DNA of 64,000 nt from a virus (Duplodnaviria; Caudoviricetes): positions 32,001 through 96,000 of IMG/VR virus record IMGVR_UViG_3300028903_000004; one strand, written 5' to 3'. Shown here in pieces: positions 1 through 10,217 of this stretch (the stretch's first letter is position 1; every line of letters begins with the position of its first letter). The position numbers and the translations under genes are program-made. The notes beneath the pieces were generated by a model, which was not told where the DNA came from, searched no databases, and saw only the letters and a list, made by a program, of their open reading frames with translations.

Positions 1-208
1 ATTTTGTTAAATAAAAATTCTTTGTTTACAAATAAAATAGAATAAAAATTAGATGCTATACAATAAATCTAAACTTACAACTTCTCACCAGTCTCAATAA
101 AATATAAAAATTTTGTTTTGTTTTCAGAAAATGAAAATCTATTCCAATTATTACGATAACTTAATGTCACATATTTGGTTCTTAATAAAATATATTAGAA
201 ACCTCTTC

Positions 209-547
209 TTAAATAATATTAGATTTTAATGACGCTACCTCCTGAATCAATCCATTTAATACATCTTCCTTATACATGGAAAACATTTTAAACGCTTCTA
301 AAGCCTCTTTGTTTTCCAACTGAGATGGAATTATTAGCTGAACTATTTTAAGCTCATCTGATGTACGTAAAGGGGCAAATATCTTATCATATAAATGGGA
401 ATATAACGCCCAATATTTATTAGCTTTATCAGAATGTTCAAGAGACCATCGTTGATATTTGCTCTTTATTGGCATATTATTCATCCAATCTCTATACGAT
501 TGCTTGTTTAAATTCTCTCTTAATAACTTTTTAATTAATTCTCTCAT
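209..547 (-). CDS. hypothetical protein with MRELIKKLLRE N-terminal leader (putative head-packaged protein)
   Basis: ORF; ATATTTAT motif at 554-561 upstream; leader nearly identical to that of 46900..47316. Confidence 0.7.
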   Translation of the reverse strand: MRELIKKLLRENLNKQSYRDWMNNMPIKSKYQRWSLEHSDKANKYWALYSHLYDKIFAPLRTSDELKIVQLIIPSQLENKEALEAFKMFSMYKEDVLNGLIQEVASLKSNII

Positions 548-763
548 ATACCAATAAATATATTTAAAATTACTATAAATTTAAAAAAAAATATAATTTC
601 CCTTAATTAAGTTCATAATTTTTACTTATGTATAATTTTTAAAAATAAAAAACAGCTTAAAATTCTTTATTATTATGTATTTGTATGATTTTATCATACA
701 TATAAACTAGTTATAACCAATACTACATTATTTGTTCTAATTAGCATTTTGTTTCAAAAACTT

Positions 764-1300
764 TCAAAAATTTTCCATCCCTAAATTAATAATTTTAGCG
801 GATTTTCCATTATAATATGGCTCTGGTACAATATATTCAGTATCGTGTTTTCCATAAACTTGGTTTGTAATTACAATTAAATCTAAATCTTTCCATTCTT
901 CAACCAAATTTTCAGCATCTTCTTGTTCCATACCACCATATTCAACCAAATCCTCAATTATATATGAAGTATCACCCCGCAATAAAGCATCAAACGCTTC
1001 TTGTATTCCTAAACTATCAAATCTGCTTTTACTTAAATCAAAAAATGCTGGATTTTGTGAAATTATTTTCACCTTATACACATAATCTCCCCAAGATGTT
1101 TGTGGTATATTACTGAAAAACATACCATCAATTCTTGTTGATGAATTTGGTTTTAACTCAATCTTATCAAAGTCAAAGTTATCAATTTTTGAATTGGTTG
1201 AGTGGTATGCTATAAATTCTTTATTACTACTCACCTGTTCATTTAGAAACTCTCTAATAGTGGTAGTAATAATTTTTCGTAATTTCATATCTTTGTTCAT
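764..1300 (-). CDS. ADP-ribosyltransferase-fold (ART-PolyVal-like) protein with N-terminal leader
   Basis: AYHST..F..F, GMFFS, WG.YVYKVKI...NP and TEYIV motifs; late motif at 1316-1323. Confidence 0.55.
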   Translation of the reverse strand: MNKDMKLRKIITTTIREFLNEQVSSNKEFIAYHSTNSKIDNFDFDKIELKPNSSTRIDGMFFSNIPQTSWGDYVYKVKIISQNPAFFDLSKSRFDSLGIQEAFDALLRGDTSYIIEDLVEYGGMEQEDAENLVEEWKDLDLIVITNQVYGKHDTEYIVPEPYYNGKSAKIINLGMENF

Positions 1301-1343
1301 ATTTTTTATTTATATATAAATATTCAATTTTAAAATTACCAAC

Positions 1344-1691
1344 CTACATTTTTAAAAGTTTTTGTTCAATGAAGTAAATTTTATTTCCTTTTTTAAAACA
1401 TTGGTCAATATTTAAAATATCTCCGTTGACGTTAGTAAATCTTTTCGGAAGGATAGTACACCCTTTTATTTTTAAATATTCTTCAAATACATGTTCAAAT
1501 GCATCGCCAAAACGGATTTCATGGGATTGAAGGAGATTTTGAAGAATCTTAGCTTTTGGTTTAGTGGGCCTAAACAAACCAATATATCTGCTTGGAGAAT
1601 TTGAAATTTTCTCTAATAAATCTGCTTTTGATTTCTCAAAAATAGTTTCATTGAAAATCTGTTTAAACAGATTATAATTCATTATTGCCAT
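1344..1691 (-). pseudogene. C-terminally truncated type II restriction endonuclease (HpyAIV-like, GANTC)
   Basis: RYIGLFRPTKPKAKILQNLLQSHEIRFGDAFE and D...IEQK motifs; only 115 aa, stops 4 codons after ExK; overlaps the methyltransferase stop. Confidence 0.65.
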
Positions 1692-2862
1692 ATATTAAAA
1701 AACTTTCTTCTGGTTCATTAACTGCGCTATTTCTTTCAAATTCCAACTCATTATATTTGTCGGAACTTTTTAAATACTTATTTTCGTAGTCATGCCTTAA
1801 TTGGTCAATACTTATTAAAGTATTGTTTCTCTTTACATACCAAAATGTCCAACCATTATGATTTTCTTTCCTTAAAAAAGAAGCGCTTACTTTATGAATA
1901 GAGCCTACAATTCCATTACCTTCTAATGAAGAATCCGCTAAAACTTGTGCAGAGAATTTACCATCTTTAGAATACAAGTATTCACCGATTTTTACGAAAC
2001 CTTTTTCAATTAAATTTCCAAAAGGCACCTTTGGCTTTCTTTTTTCAATTTTATATTCAAGTAAAGGCTTTTCAATAGGTTTAATTTTTTCGACACGTTC
2101 AGTACCTATTTTCACGTAGAATTCTTCACGGTCAAAGGCAATGAATTTTCTACCGAGTCTTTTGGCAACCGCAGCAGTTGTTCCACTGCCAGAAAAAGGG
2201 TCTAAAACAATGTCGCCCGGATTAGAAGTTGAAATAATTATTCTGTATAGAAGTTCAGCAGGTTTTTGTGTAGAATGGGCTTTTTGTCCATTTACTTTTA
2301 TTCTTTCTTCACCTTGACAAATAGGTATTAACCAATCACTTCTCATTTGTAAATCATCATTCATCACTTTCATTGAGTGATAATGAAAGGTATAGTTAGA
2401 AGATTTTGATTTTGTTGCCCAAATTAATGTTTCGTGTGCATTGTTAAACCTTGTTCCTTTAAAGTTAGGCATTGGGTTAGTCTTTATCCAAATTATATCG
2501 TTAAGCATCCAAAAACCTATATTCTGCAGTATTGCACCAACTCTAAATATGTTGTGATAAGTTCCAATTACCCAAAAGCTACCTGAATTTTTTAAAACTC
2601 TGTGGCATTCCTTCATCCATAAGGTTGTGAATTTATCATACTCTTCCTTTGATTCAAATTTATCCCACGAATCGTTAACAGCATCAACTTTAGTTTGATT
2701 TGGTCTAAATAATTCGCCATTTAATTGCAGGTTATAAGGGGGGTCTGCAAAAATCAAGTCTATTGAATTGTCGGGTATTTTTTTTAAAAGTTCGATACAA
2801 TCGCCTTGGTGTATCTTATTAAGTTTTAATGTTCCTAATTTATCCATTTTATTTTCTGTCAT
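1672..2862 (-). CDS. N6-adenine DNA methyltransferase, beta class (CcrM/M.HinfI-like, GANTC) with C-terminal RAMA-like domain
   Basis: DPPYNLQL, NPMPNFKGTRFNNAHETLIW, HSTQKP, DPFSGSGTT; C-terminal GSIHKV...NGWTFW; start likely 2862 or 2847 rather than the TTG at 2928. Confidence 0.9.
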   Translation of the reverse strand: MTENKMDKLGTLKLNKIHQGDCIELLKKIPDNSIDLIFADPPYNLQLNGELFRPNQTKVDAVNDSWDKFESKEEYDKFTTLWMKECHRVLKNSGSFWVIGTYHNIFRVGAILQNIGFWMLNDIIWIKTNPMPNFKGTRFNNAHETLIWATKSKSSNYTFHYHSMKVMNDDLQMRSDWLIPICQGEERIKVNGQKAHSTQKPAELLYRIIISTSNPGDIVLDPFSGSGTTAAVAKRLGRKFIAFDREEFYVKIGTERVEKIKPIEKPLLEYKIEKRKPKVPFGNLIEKGFVKIGEYLYSKDGKFSAQVLADSSLEGNGIVGSIHKVSASFLRKENHNGWTFWYVKRNNTLISIDQLRHDYENKYLKSSDKYNELEFERNSAVNEPEESFLIYGNNEL

Positions 2863-3060
2863 ATTCTTTGCAAAGATAGTTTTATTATCTAAAGGCATGC
2901 GTTTGTTGTCTTTTAGCATTACCGCCAACGGTCGAGTAGCTCATCACGATAAAAATTCCAAATACTCTTTTCATAGTTTTTTTTTTAATTATTTTATTTA
3001 TTATTATTTTGTTCGCGATTTTATGTCTCGCGAATATGGACATTTTTATTATTTTAATAA

Positions 3061-3432
3061 TTATCTTTCAAAATTTAAAAAATTAATCATCAATTTTTTA
3101 ATAATTTCTTTTCCATTAGGACGTTTAAGTATTTTCTCTAATTCTATTAATTCTTCTTCTGATATATTAAATATTGAGTTATCCTCAAAATATGGTGTAT
3201 TATCTTCTTCTATATTTTTTTTTAATTCGACTAACATTTCTTCCAATTCATTTAAAACAAATATAAGTATTTTACTTAAATTAAGATTTTTTTCTGTTAA
3301 AAGATTTTCTCCGCATTTTGGGCATGATTTATTAAGAAAATCTTCTAAATTATTAAAATTAACTGAATCATTCATATAATCACAATTTGGATTATCACAT
3401 TTAATTGTTAATTGAATAATATTTTTTTCCAT
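3061..3432 (-). CDS. hypothetical protein with zinc-finger (CDNPNC...CPKC)
   Basis: ORF with two Cys pairs. Confidence 0.65.
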   Translation of the reverse strand: MEKNIIQLTIKCDNPNCDYMNDSVNFNNLEDFLNKSCPKCGENLLTEKNLNLSKILIFVLNELEEMLVELKKNIEEDNTPYFEDNSIFNISEEELIELEKILKRPNGKEIIKKLMINFLNFER

Positions 3433-3433
3433 A

Positions 3434-3862
3434 TTACATTTTTTTTATTTTTTCTAAACTTTCTATTTCTAAATTTAATTGATGTTTAAGTTGTTTTATT
3501 TTCATTTCTTTTTTTTCGATTATTATTTTTTTGGCATCATCTTTGGAAAATGATAATTCACTATGGTCGTTAGACTGATAAACAGTTTCATCATTTAATC
3601 TAAACTTGAATGAATAAAAATTCTCAAAGAATCCATGTGATATTGATATAATGATATTATTAAAATGGATGGTTTTAATTTTCATAATATTTGACCCATA
3701 ATTTTTTATAACATATAAGCTAATGGGTTTATTTGGAATAAGTTTAGCCATTTTCTTAGAATGATTTATCCAAGGTATATTTTCTATAAGCCATAATTTA
3801 TCCATGAGATTTTCTTTGGAGCATTCAATTTCTTCTAATTTTATTTTATCTATTGTGGTCAT
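3434..3862 (-). CDS. hypothetical protein
   Basis: ORF in tightly packed operon. Confidence 0.65.
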   Translation of the reverse strand: MTTIDKIKLEEIECSKENLMDKLWLIENIPWINHSKKMAKLIPNKPISLYVIKNYGSNIMKIKTIHFNNIIISISHGFFENFYSFKFRLNDETVYQSNDHSELSFSKDDAKKIIIEKKEMKIKQLKHQLNLEIESLEKIKKM

Positions 3863-3866
3863 AGTT

Positions 3867-4142
3867 TTATGTTGCTGATGGATTTAATTTTTTATTTTGG
3901 AGTTCTTCATAAATTTTATTCATATTTTCTTTAAATTGTTTTCTATTAAATATGAAAAGTATAAATTCGAATGATACGTGCATTATTGCAAAGGCATAAT
4001 GGCAAATACTAATGGTAATAACTAATAAAGGATATGCTATAAGCATTCCACCGATACCAACCATATCCTTAAATAATTCTCTCATTCTTTTCCAATGGAT
4101 AATTTCTTTTTTAATACTTATATTTATTAGTGATGGTTCCAT
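3867..4142 (-). CDS. small membrane protein
   Basis: central hydrophobic stretch; operon packing. Confidence 0.6.
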   Translation of the reverse strand: MEPSLINISIKKEIIHWKRMRELFKDMVGIGGMLIAYPLLVITISICHYAFAIMHVSFEFILFIFNRKQFKENMNKIYEELQNKKLNPSAT

Positions 4143-4149
4143 AATTGTT

Positions 4150-4752
4150 TTATTTTTTTACAGTTAACAATTTAGCAACATCTTTTTCTGGTATAGATAG
4201 CACATAAAAAATTCTTATAAAAGGTAATGAGATAGATGATGTCCAATTATCCCCTATATATTTTTCAATATATTCGTTAATGATATATTTATCCTTTTTA
4301 TTGGGTATAATTATGATATTGCTATCGAGTAATACTGTTCTGTCATTATATTTTATATAAATTTTATTTGTGGAATCAAGAAAAAATTTTGTAGTGGTAT
4401 CATTAGTTTTAATTTTTATTTTTTTAACCAAATCTCTATCAATATTAATGGTTATTTTGTAATTATTAATATAAGATTTGGATATTTTGATAGAATCTTT
4501 GTTAATGATAGTATCAGGTAATACATATGCAGAATCTGGGTTAATTTTAAAATCTTTTAGGGTATAAGACTCATATCGGACGTTTTGTCTTTTTAAATCT
4601 GAAATTCTTATAAGGTTCACAACTGAAGACACTATAATTGCACCAATTATGCAAAATAGTGCGCTTATAACTACATTAGAAAATGCTTTTTCTTTTTTAA
4701 TAATTAAGATTATAATGAAAATTGTTACTATTGATATAAGATAAGTGTACAT
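4150..4752 (-). CDS. membrane-anchored hypothetical protein
   Basis: two N-terminal hydrophobic segments. Confidence 0.65.
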   Translation of the reverse strand: MYTYLISIVTIFIIILIIKKEKAFSNVVISALFCIIGAIIVSSVVNLIRISDLKRQNVRYESYTLKDFKINPDSAYVLPDTIINKDSIKISKSYINNYKITINIDRDLVKKIKIKTNDTTTKFFLDSTNKIYIKYNDRTVLLDSNIIIIPNKKDKYIINEYIEKYIGDNWTSSISLPFIRIFYVLSIPEKDVAKLLTVKK

Positions 4753-4773
4753 TTTTTTATTTTTTTTAAAGGT

Positions 4774-5943
4774 TTAACAATTTTTTTCATCTTCCCATTC
4801 GATACCTGGGCAATAATCCCCTTTTGAACGACCAAAATATTCGCCAAATATACCGCTTACGCTAATAATACCATTCCAGAAGGACTTTAGACTATTCCAT
4901 ATGATGGATATGCATATAGTTTTCCAGACTAATATCACTATAATAAAATATAATGGATAATATATTAATATTTTAGCTGGTTGATAGACTAAATAGGTAG
5001 CTATCCATATAATGGAATCAATTATTAGATAATGTTTATTATTGTATTTATAATTATCAATACCACATACAATAAAATATATAGCTACTAATAATAAAGC
5101 TGAAACAAATAGTATTGCTAGTAAAAATTTTAGTAGTTCATCTAATATATTTAAACTAGCGATAATCATTATAAGATACACAATATATTGAACTAAGTAG
5201 AAAAATAATATGGTTATTCCGATTGTAATTATAGCACCTATTATATGTTTTGAGGTCTTAACAATTTTTGTAGTGGTATTAAAAGTAAAAGCTTTTTTAA
5301 TTGTTTCAAAAAACCAATTAAAAGGTTTAGTAAGTATATTTATAATTTCTTCTTCTTTTTCTTTTCTTTTTTCACGTTTTTTCTCTTTTAAAGAGATTTT
5401 TTCATATTCAACGTTATAAATTTTATTAATACTTTTTTCTCTCTCGTATATAAAATTTTGATAACTATTATTAAATTCTTCTATTCCTTCATAAGTATAA
5501 ATATTAATTTTAAGGTGGTCATTAATCCATTTCTCAAAAATCTCATATTTATTATAACATAAAAATATAAATTTTTTTGGAGTAATTTTTGTTAAATTAG
5601 GATGATTATTAATTGTTAGATTAAACTCATTTAGATTAATATCATAACCATGAAAAATAAACACATCAGCAAATTGTGCTGGGGTTAGATTATTAATCCA
5701 TTTATAAACATTTTTTTCAAAATTTTCATTATTTTTATTAATTATAAATATAATGGGTTTTAAGAAAAGAATTTTAATAGTAGCAACAAATGGCACTATT
5801 ATAATTGCTAAAACAAGCATCCAAAAATATAGGCAAAGATTTTTAATATTAGTATTAATAATTTTACTACCATAAACGTATTGATTTAATTTAAAATGCC
5901 AAGATTTTGTTGACAATTTAATGAGGGATAATTTTTCTTCCAT
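4774..5943 (-). CDS. multi-pass membrane protein
   Basis: 389 aa, several TM segments; TAnnTTTG promoter at 5967-5974. Confidence 0.7.
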   Translation of the reverse strand: MEEKLSLIKLSTKSWHFKLNQYVYGSKIINTNIKNLCLYFWMLVLAIIIVPFVATIKILFLKPIIFIINKNNENFEKNVYKWINNLTPAQFADVFIFHGYDINLNEFNLTINNHPNLTKITPKKFIFLCYNKYEIFEKWINDHLKINIYTYEGIEEFNNSYQNFIYEREKSINKIYNVEYEKISLKEKKREKRKEKEEEIINILTKPFNWFFETIKKAFTFNTTTKIVKTSKHIIGAIITIGITILFFYLVQYIVYLIMIIASLNILDELLKFLLAILFVSALLLVAIYFIVCGIDNYKYNNKHYLIIDSIIWIATYLVYQPAKILIYYPLYFIIVILVWKTICISIIWNSLKSFWNGIISVSGIFGEYFGRSKGDYCPGIEWEDEKNC

Positions 5944-5986
5944 GGTTTAAAAGTTTAATTTTTTTACAAATATATGTAATTTATTT

Positions 5987-6289
5987 TTAAAAAACAAGTT
6001 TTTTTTCGAAATTTTTAAACATTAATTTAGTTATTTCTAAAAATTGGTCTATAAGTTTCCCAAATTCTGTACCCCAATCATGTTTAATATTTTGTGTATA
6101 TGTATCAGCACAACTTTCTAGAGCTTTATTGAAAATTGAAGCAAGCATAAATGCCAAACATCCACACCTATCATTCAATGCTTGAATGAAATGTGTTACA
6201 CTTTGTAATTGTTCTGGAGTTAAATCATCTTCATTATTAATAAAATATTCCACTAATCTTTTTGCTTCAATAAATGCTAATTTTACCAT
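5987..6289 (-). CDS. hypothetical protein
   Basis: ORF. Confidence 0.6.
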   Translation of the reverse strand: MVKLAFIEAKRLVEYFINNEDDLTPEQLQSVTHFIQALNDRCGCLAFMLASIFNKALESCADTYTQNIKHDWGTEFGKLIDQFLEITKLMFKNFEKKLVF

Positions 6290-6312
6290 ATCCGTTTAAT
6301 TTTAGATAGTTA

Positions 6313-7462
6313 TTAAAATATGTTTTCTAAAAAAACATCATTAGAAGTTATTAAGGTATCATTTTCTTTTATCATACGATTAAATTCATTGATTTTATGT
6401 TCGACCTCAATTATTAATTTTTCAGGTGCTAGCTTATTATTGAATCCTCTAAATTGATTAAGTTTTATAATATATCTTGAAGTTTCATCGTCATATACTT
6501 TATTTAATTCAAGAGTATATTCATTAATGGAATATATTCCACTTAAATGTGAATTAACCCTATTAACATATGTTCCAACGCAATGTTTTCTTTTCATACC
6601 TTCATATACTAACTCTTTACTACTCTCTAAAAGTTTATAGCCACTAAATTCGGCAAATTTTTTATAAATAATGTGGTTATTTAATGGCATATTTAGTTCA
6701 GAATAAGTGATATCGGTAATAATTTTTGACATTTTGTCATGTTCTTTCTTTAATCTTTTAATGCTCCAAGATAAATTTATCTTATTATTCAAAGTTTTGG
6801 CCATTGATAACGAATCATATAGAATATTAGTATTATCTATTTCAAAAAAATCAAAATTAAATTTATGTATATTTGTTACATAATCAGTATATTCATTAGA
6901 AATTTTTTTGAAAGTGTGACGATAGGTTATATTTTCATGTATTTTTTTTGCTAATGGATATGTAACTTTATAGGTAAATTGAAGCATTTTTTTAAGAGAT
7001 GTTAATTTGTGTTTACTTATATAATTAAATGATTTGTTTAATAAAAGTTTATGTTTTACCATTATTTCTAATGGTGGAAAGATTTTTATTAAAAAATTAA
7101 TAACATTTTTATTGTTATCTTGCGAATATATATCATTTAATGTTAATGGTTTAATTTTGCCATTAGATTTACAGAAAAATTCATTACTAGTTTTATAAAT
7201 AGAAAATATTTTTTTTTTCTCTGTTATAAATAATGTTATTTTTATTTATACCCCATTTTTTAAAATACCAAGCAATTTCAAAATCACCATTAGTGCTAAA
7301 AAAAACAACAACTTTTTTTTTTATTAATTCAAATGGATTAATTGACCCGTTGTATAATATAACCCTAGCTTTATATTTATCTTTTCGATAAATATCTAGA
7401 AATTTATCTACATTTGGATTTTCTTTTTCAGCTAAAACAATGTAATGACTAAATTCTTTCAT
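6313..7462 (-). CDS. PcfJ-domain protein, split into 7193..7462 and 6313..7062 by a frameshift in an A10 run
   Basis: LVYEGMKRKHCVGTY PcfJ-like motif; removing one A at 7209-7218 gives a continuous 382-aa frame. Confidence 0.65.
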
Positions 7463-7932
7463 ATCTTTATTATTCTATAATTTAATTTTTCTTCGATACA
7501 AAGATATAAAAAAAAATTTAAAAAAGCAAATACAAAAAAGAAGAATAATTAAAAATATCAATTAACTTGATTTTTTAATTAATTTATCATATATTTGTTA
7601 ATACAAATAAGAGAATTACTAAATATAAAATTATGCGGATAATAAGTATCATAGGATTATGATTATTGCAAGCTGTATTACATGCAACATTTAAAACTTT
7701 AATTGAAATTATTTTGTATAAAAAATAGTTTTTATTGTGAATGATACAGGAAAATATATAATCTTATGCTATGACGTTATATATCTAGCATCATTTTCAT
7801 TTTAATTATTAAGATTAAATTAAATTTGGTATAGCTTTTTAAAAACTTCTTACGATATTTATCATTAAAATTTTTTATAATCACCAAAAACCAATAATAA
7901 TACTTAAATTATTTTATGATTCTAAATTTACT

Positions 7933-8187
7933 TTAAATTAATTCGTAAGTTAGTTTATATTTTGAATTAAGAGTTATGAAAATGTAATAATCCCAATCAA
8001 TTTCAATAATATTTTGAACTTTTGAGGTTTTAATTATTATTTCTAATTCTTTATTTACGAGCATAAATGATTCGCCTTCTTCTGGTAATCTAATAAACAT
8101 TCCCTCAAAAGTATTACTAGCAGCGGTATTATTTTGTAATTCTTGATTTTTAATTTTATCGATTTTTTCTAGTTTTCCTTTGTACAT
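7933..8187 (-). CDS. hypothetical protein
   Basis: ORF ending FITLNSKYKL. Confidence 0.6.
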   Translation of the reverse strand: MYKGKLEKIDKIKNQELQNNTAASNTFEGMFIRLPEEGESFMLVNKELEIIIKTSKVQNIIEIDWDYYIFITLNSKYKLTYELI

Positions 8188-8220
8188 AAAACATTATAAT
8201 TTAGTTAAAGTTTATTTAAT

Positions 8221-8490
8221 TTATTTTCTGGAAACTGCTACGAGGCAATCTAATTTAGGTATCATTAATTCTGATTGTGGTGTTAAACAAAATAAAACAG
8301 ATGTTGCTTTATTTACATGTATTTTACCAGTGCTCTCATGTAACAATATTAGATTTTTTTCTGGTATATTAAAGTAAGTTATTTCAAAGTTATCATTTAT
8401 TGGTGTAACCAAACAATAATCGTAATTTTCTTTAAATTGAGGATTTTCTACTCCTTCAAAAAAACTTTTAGGGACAATATTTGTTTCCAT
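8221..8490 (-). CDS. hypothetical protein
   Basis: ORF in operon. Confidence 0.6.
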   Translation of the reverse strand: METNIVPKSFFEGVENPQFKENYDYCLVTPINDNFEITYFNIPEKNLILLHESTGKIHVNKATSVLFCLTPQSELMIPKLDCLVAVSRK

Positions 8491-8512
8491 TTAATATAAT
8501 TTAGTTTTTTTA

Positions 8513-8905
8513 TTATTTATTTAAAATTTCCTTAACAACTTTAGATGCAATTGTTCCATCGTATTGATTATTGTAATTATCTTTCAGATATTTCATTATT
8601 AAACCTATGGATTTTTGGTCTTTTAAGTCATTTTTTTCTATATATGATTTAATTACTTCTTTTATTTCTTCTTCATTCATAATATGTGGTAAGTATTTTT
8701 TTAAGTATTCATTTTCATTTGAACAATTAGTAAGAAGATTATTTTCCATCATTTTTTTAATAACCTTTATAATTTCGTCATCGCTAGGGTTTTTATTTAT
8801 TCTGTCCAATTCTCCTAAGAGTGTGCTTAAAACGGTTTTTCCGAGAGTGTCTTTTGCTTTCATTGCCGTTAATCTGTCAGCTAAAATTTCTTCTTTAATT
8901 CCCAT
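8513..8905 (-). CDS. GatB/YqeY domain protein
   Basis: AMKAKD...LSTLLGEL, YLP..M.EEEI, IG.IMK.LK....DG..ASKVVKEIL. Confidence 0.85.
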   Translation of the reverse strand: MGIKEEILADRLTAMKAKDTLGKTVLSTLLGELDRINKNPSDDEIIKVIKKMMENNLLTNCSNENEYLKKYLPHIMNEEEIKEVIKSYIEKNDLKDQKSIGLIMKYLKDNYNNQYDGTIASKVVKEILNK

Positions 8906-9036
8906 ATATCTTCTAATTAATTGCGATGTTATAATTATAATAATGAATAATTAAAAATTCAAGACAAATATATTACTTTTTTAAGCAAGATGCAATTTTT
9001 TTTGAAAAAAATTTTGTTTATTTGAATTTTTTTTTG

Positions 9037-9044
9037 TATCTTTG
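9037..9044 (+). promoter_or_regulatory. Bacteroidota housekeeping-sigma promoter (-7 TAnnTTTG, -33 TTTG); representative of about 11 copies
   Basis: TTTG 9013-9016, 20 nt, TATCTTTG; same 20-nt spacing at 12874, 15592, 17804, 20279 (+) and 7499, 22511, 25250, 45827 (-); -7 box also at 2871, 5967, 8965 (-). Confidence 0.8.
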
Positions 9045-9080
9045 CTGAAATAATTATTTTTATCTAATAAAATTAATATA

Positions 9081-9629
9081 ATGAGTGAAATAGATTTAAC
9101 TGTCATAAATGGCTGTAAATTAAATAAAAGAAAAAGCCAAGAACAATTGTTTAAATTACTCTACAATCCTATTTTAAGAATATGCATGATATATGCTCAT
9201 AATAGAGAGACTGCAGAAGATTACCTTCAAAATGGTTTTATAAAAATATTTAATAATATTTCCAAATACGATGGAAAAGGTAATTTTGAAGGATGGGCAA
9301 AAAGAGTTGTAAGAAATATGATTTTTGATGAATTAAGAATTAAAAAACAATTCATGTTTATCGATGACTTAGAATTAACTAACATTCCTGAAGATGTACC
9401 CGAAATAAATGAAAAATATTATAACGTAAACATAGAAGATATTATTACTATAGTCCAATCATTACCAACTAAATTAAGAACTGTATTTAATTTAAAAGTC
9501 TTTGAAAATTTAACTCATAAAGAAATTAGTGAATTACTTAGCATTTCGGATGGAACATCTAAGGCTTATTATCATCGTGCAAGAATTAAAATTATAGAAA
9601 AATTAAATAAAATATTAGAAAATAATTAA
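9081..9629 (+). CDS. ECF-type RNA polymerase sigma factor
   Basis: AEDYLQNGFIKIF, FEGWAKRVVRN (region 2); THKEISELLSISDGTSKAYYHRAR (region 4). Confidence 0.9.
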   Translation: MSEIDLTVINGCKLNKRKSQEQLFKLLYNPILRICMIYAHNRETAEDYLQNGFIKIFNNISKYDGKGNFEGWAKRVVRNMIFDELRIKKQFMFIDDLELTNIPEDVPEINEKYYNVNIEDIITIVQSLPTKLRTVFNLKVFENLTHKEISELLSISDGTSKAYYHRARIKIIEKLNKILENN

Positions 9630-9636
9630 TTGAGTT

Positions 9637-10158
9637 ATGAAAAACAGAGAAATTGAAAGAAAATGGTTAGTAGATTATAAAAATATCCCTAAATTACCAA
9701 ATATACCACATATTGAAATTGTACAAGGTTATATACAAGATATTCATGGTGATTATATTTTCCGTTTAAGACAGTGTTTATATTTTTCTTCAAATAACAG
9801 TTATATCGGTGAACAATACTTTCAAACAATTAAAGGTAAAAGTTCAATGATTCGTGAAGAATATGAAATTGAATTATTTAAAACACAATTTAATCAACTT
9901 TGGCCTTTATGTAAAGATATATCTATCCATAAAAAAAGGTATGAAATAATTTTAGAAGAAAATAAAATACATGCATACCTTGATTTTTATAAAAATAAGT
10001 TAGATGGATTATATACTATTGAAGTTGAATTTGATAACGAAATTGATTGTCGATTATTTGTAAAACCTGATTGGTTTGGATTAGAAGTGACTGAAGATTT
10101 ACGGTATACAAATTTTAAATTAGCAATTGATGGCATACCTAAACAATTAACTAACTAG
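9637..10158 (+). CDS. CYTH-domain protein
   Basis: EIERKWLV, QGY, REEYE, K.RY, EVEF, PDWFGLEVTED.RYTN. Confidence 0.9.
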   Translation: MKNREIERKWLVDYKNIPKLPNIPHIEIVQGYIQDIHGDYIFRLRQCLYFSSNNSYIGEQYFQTIKGKSSMIREEYEIELFKTQFNQLWPLCKDISIHKKRYEIILEENKIHAYLDFYKNKLDGLYTIEVEFDNEIDCRLFVKPDWFGLEVTEDLRYTNFKLAIDGIPKQLTN

Positions 10159-10217
10159 TAATAAGATTTAAAAATAATTTCAAGAAATAAATATCAAAAC
10201 TCAAAAGCATAATTAGA

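Noticed and set aside
2768-3379. 203-aa + strand ORF and other antisense ORFs (e.g. 8607, 10151, 13447, 22971, 29952, 36876)
   Set aside because: Shadow frames opposite well-supported genes, with Phe/Ser/Ile-rich composition typical of antisense AT-rich DNA.
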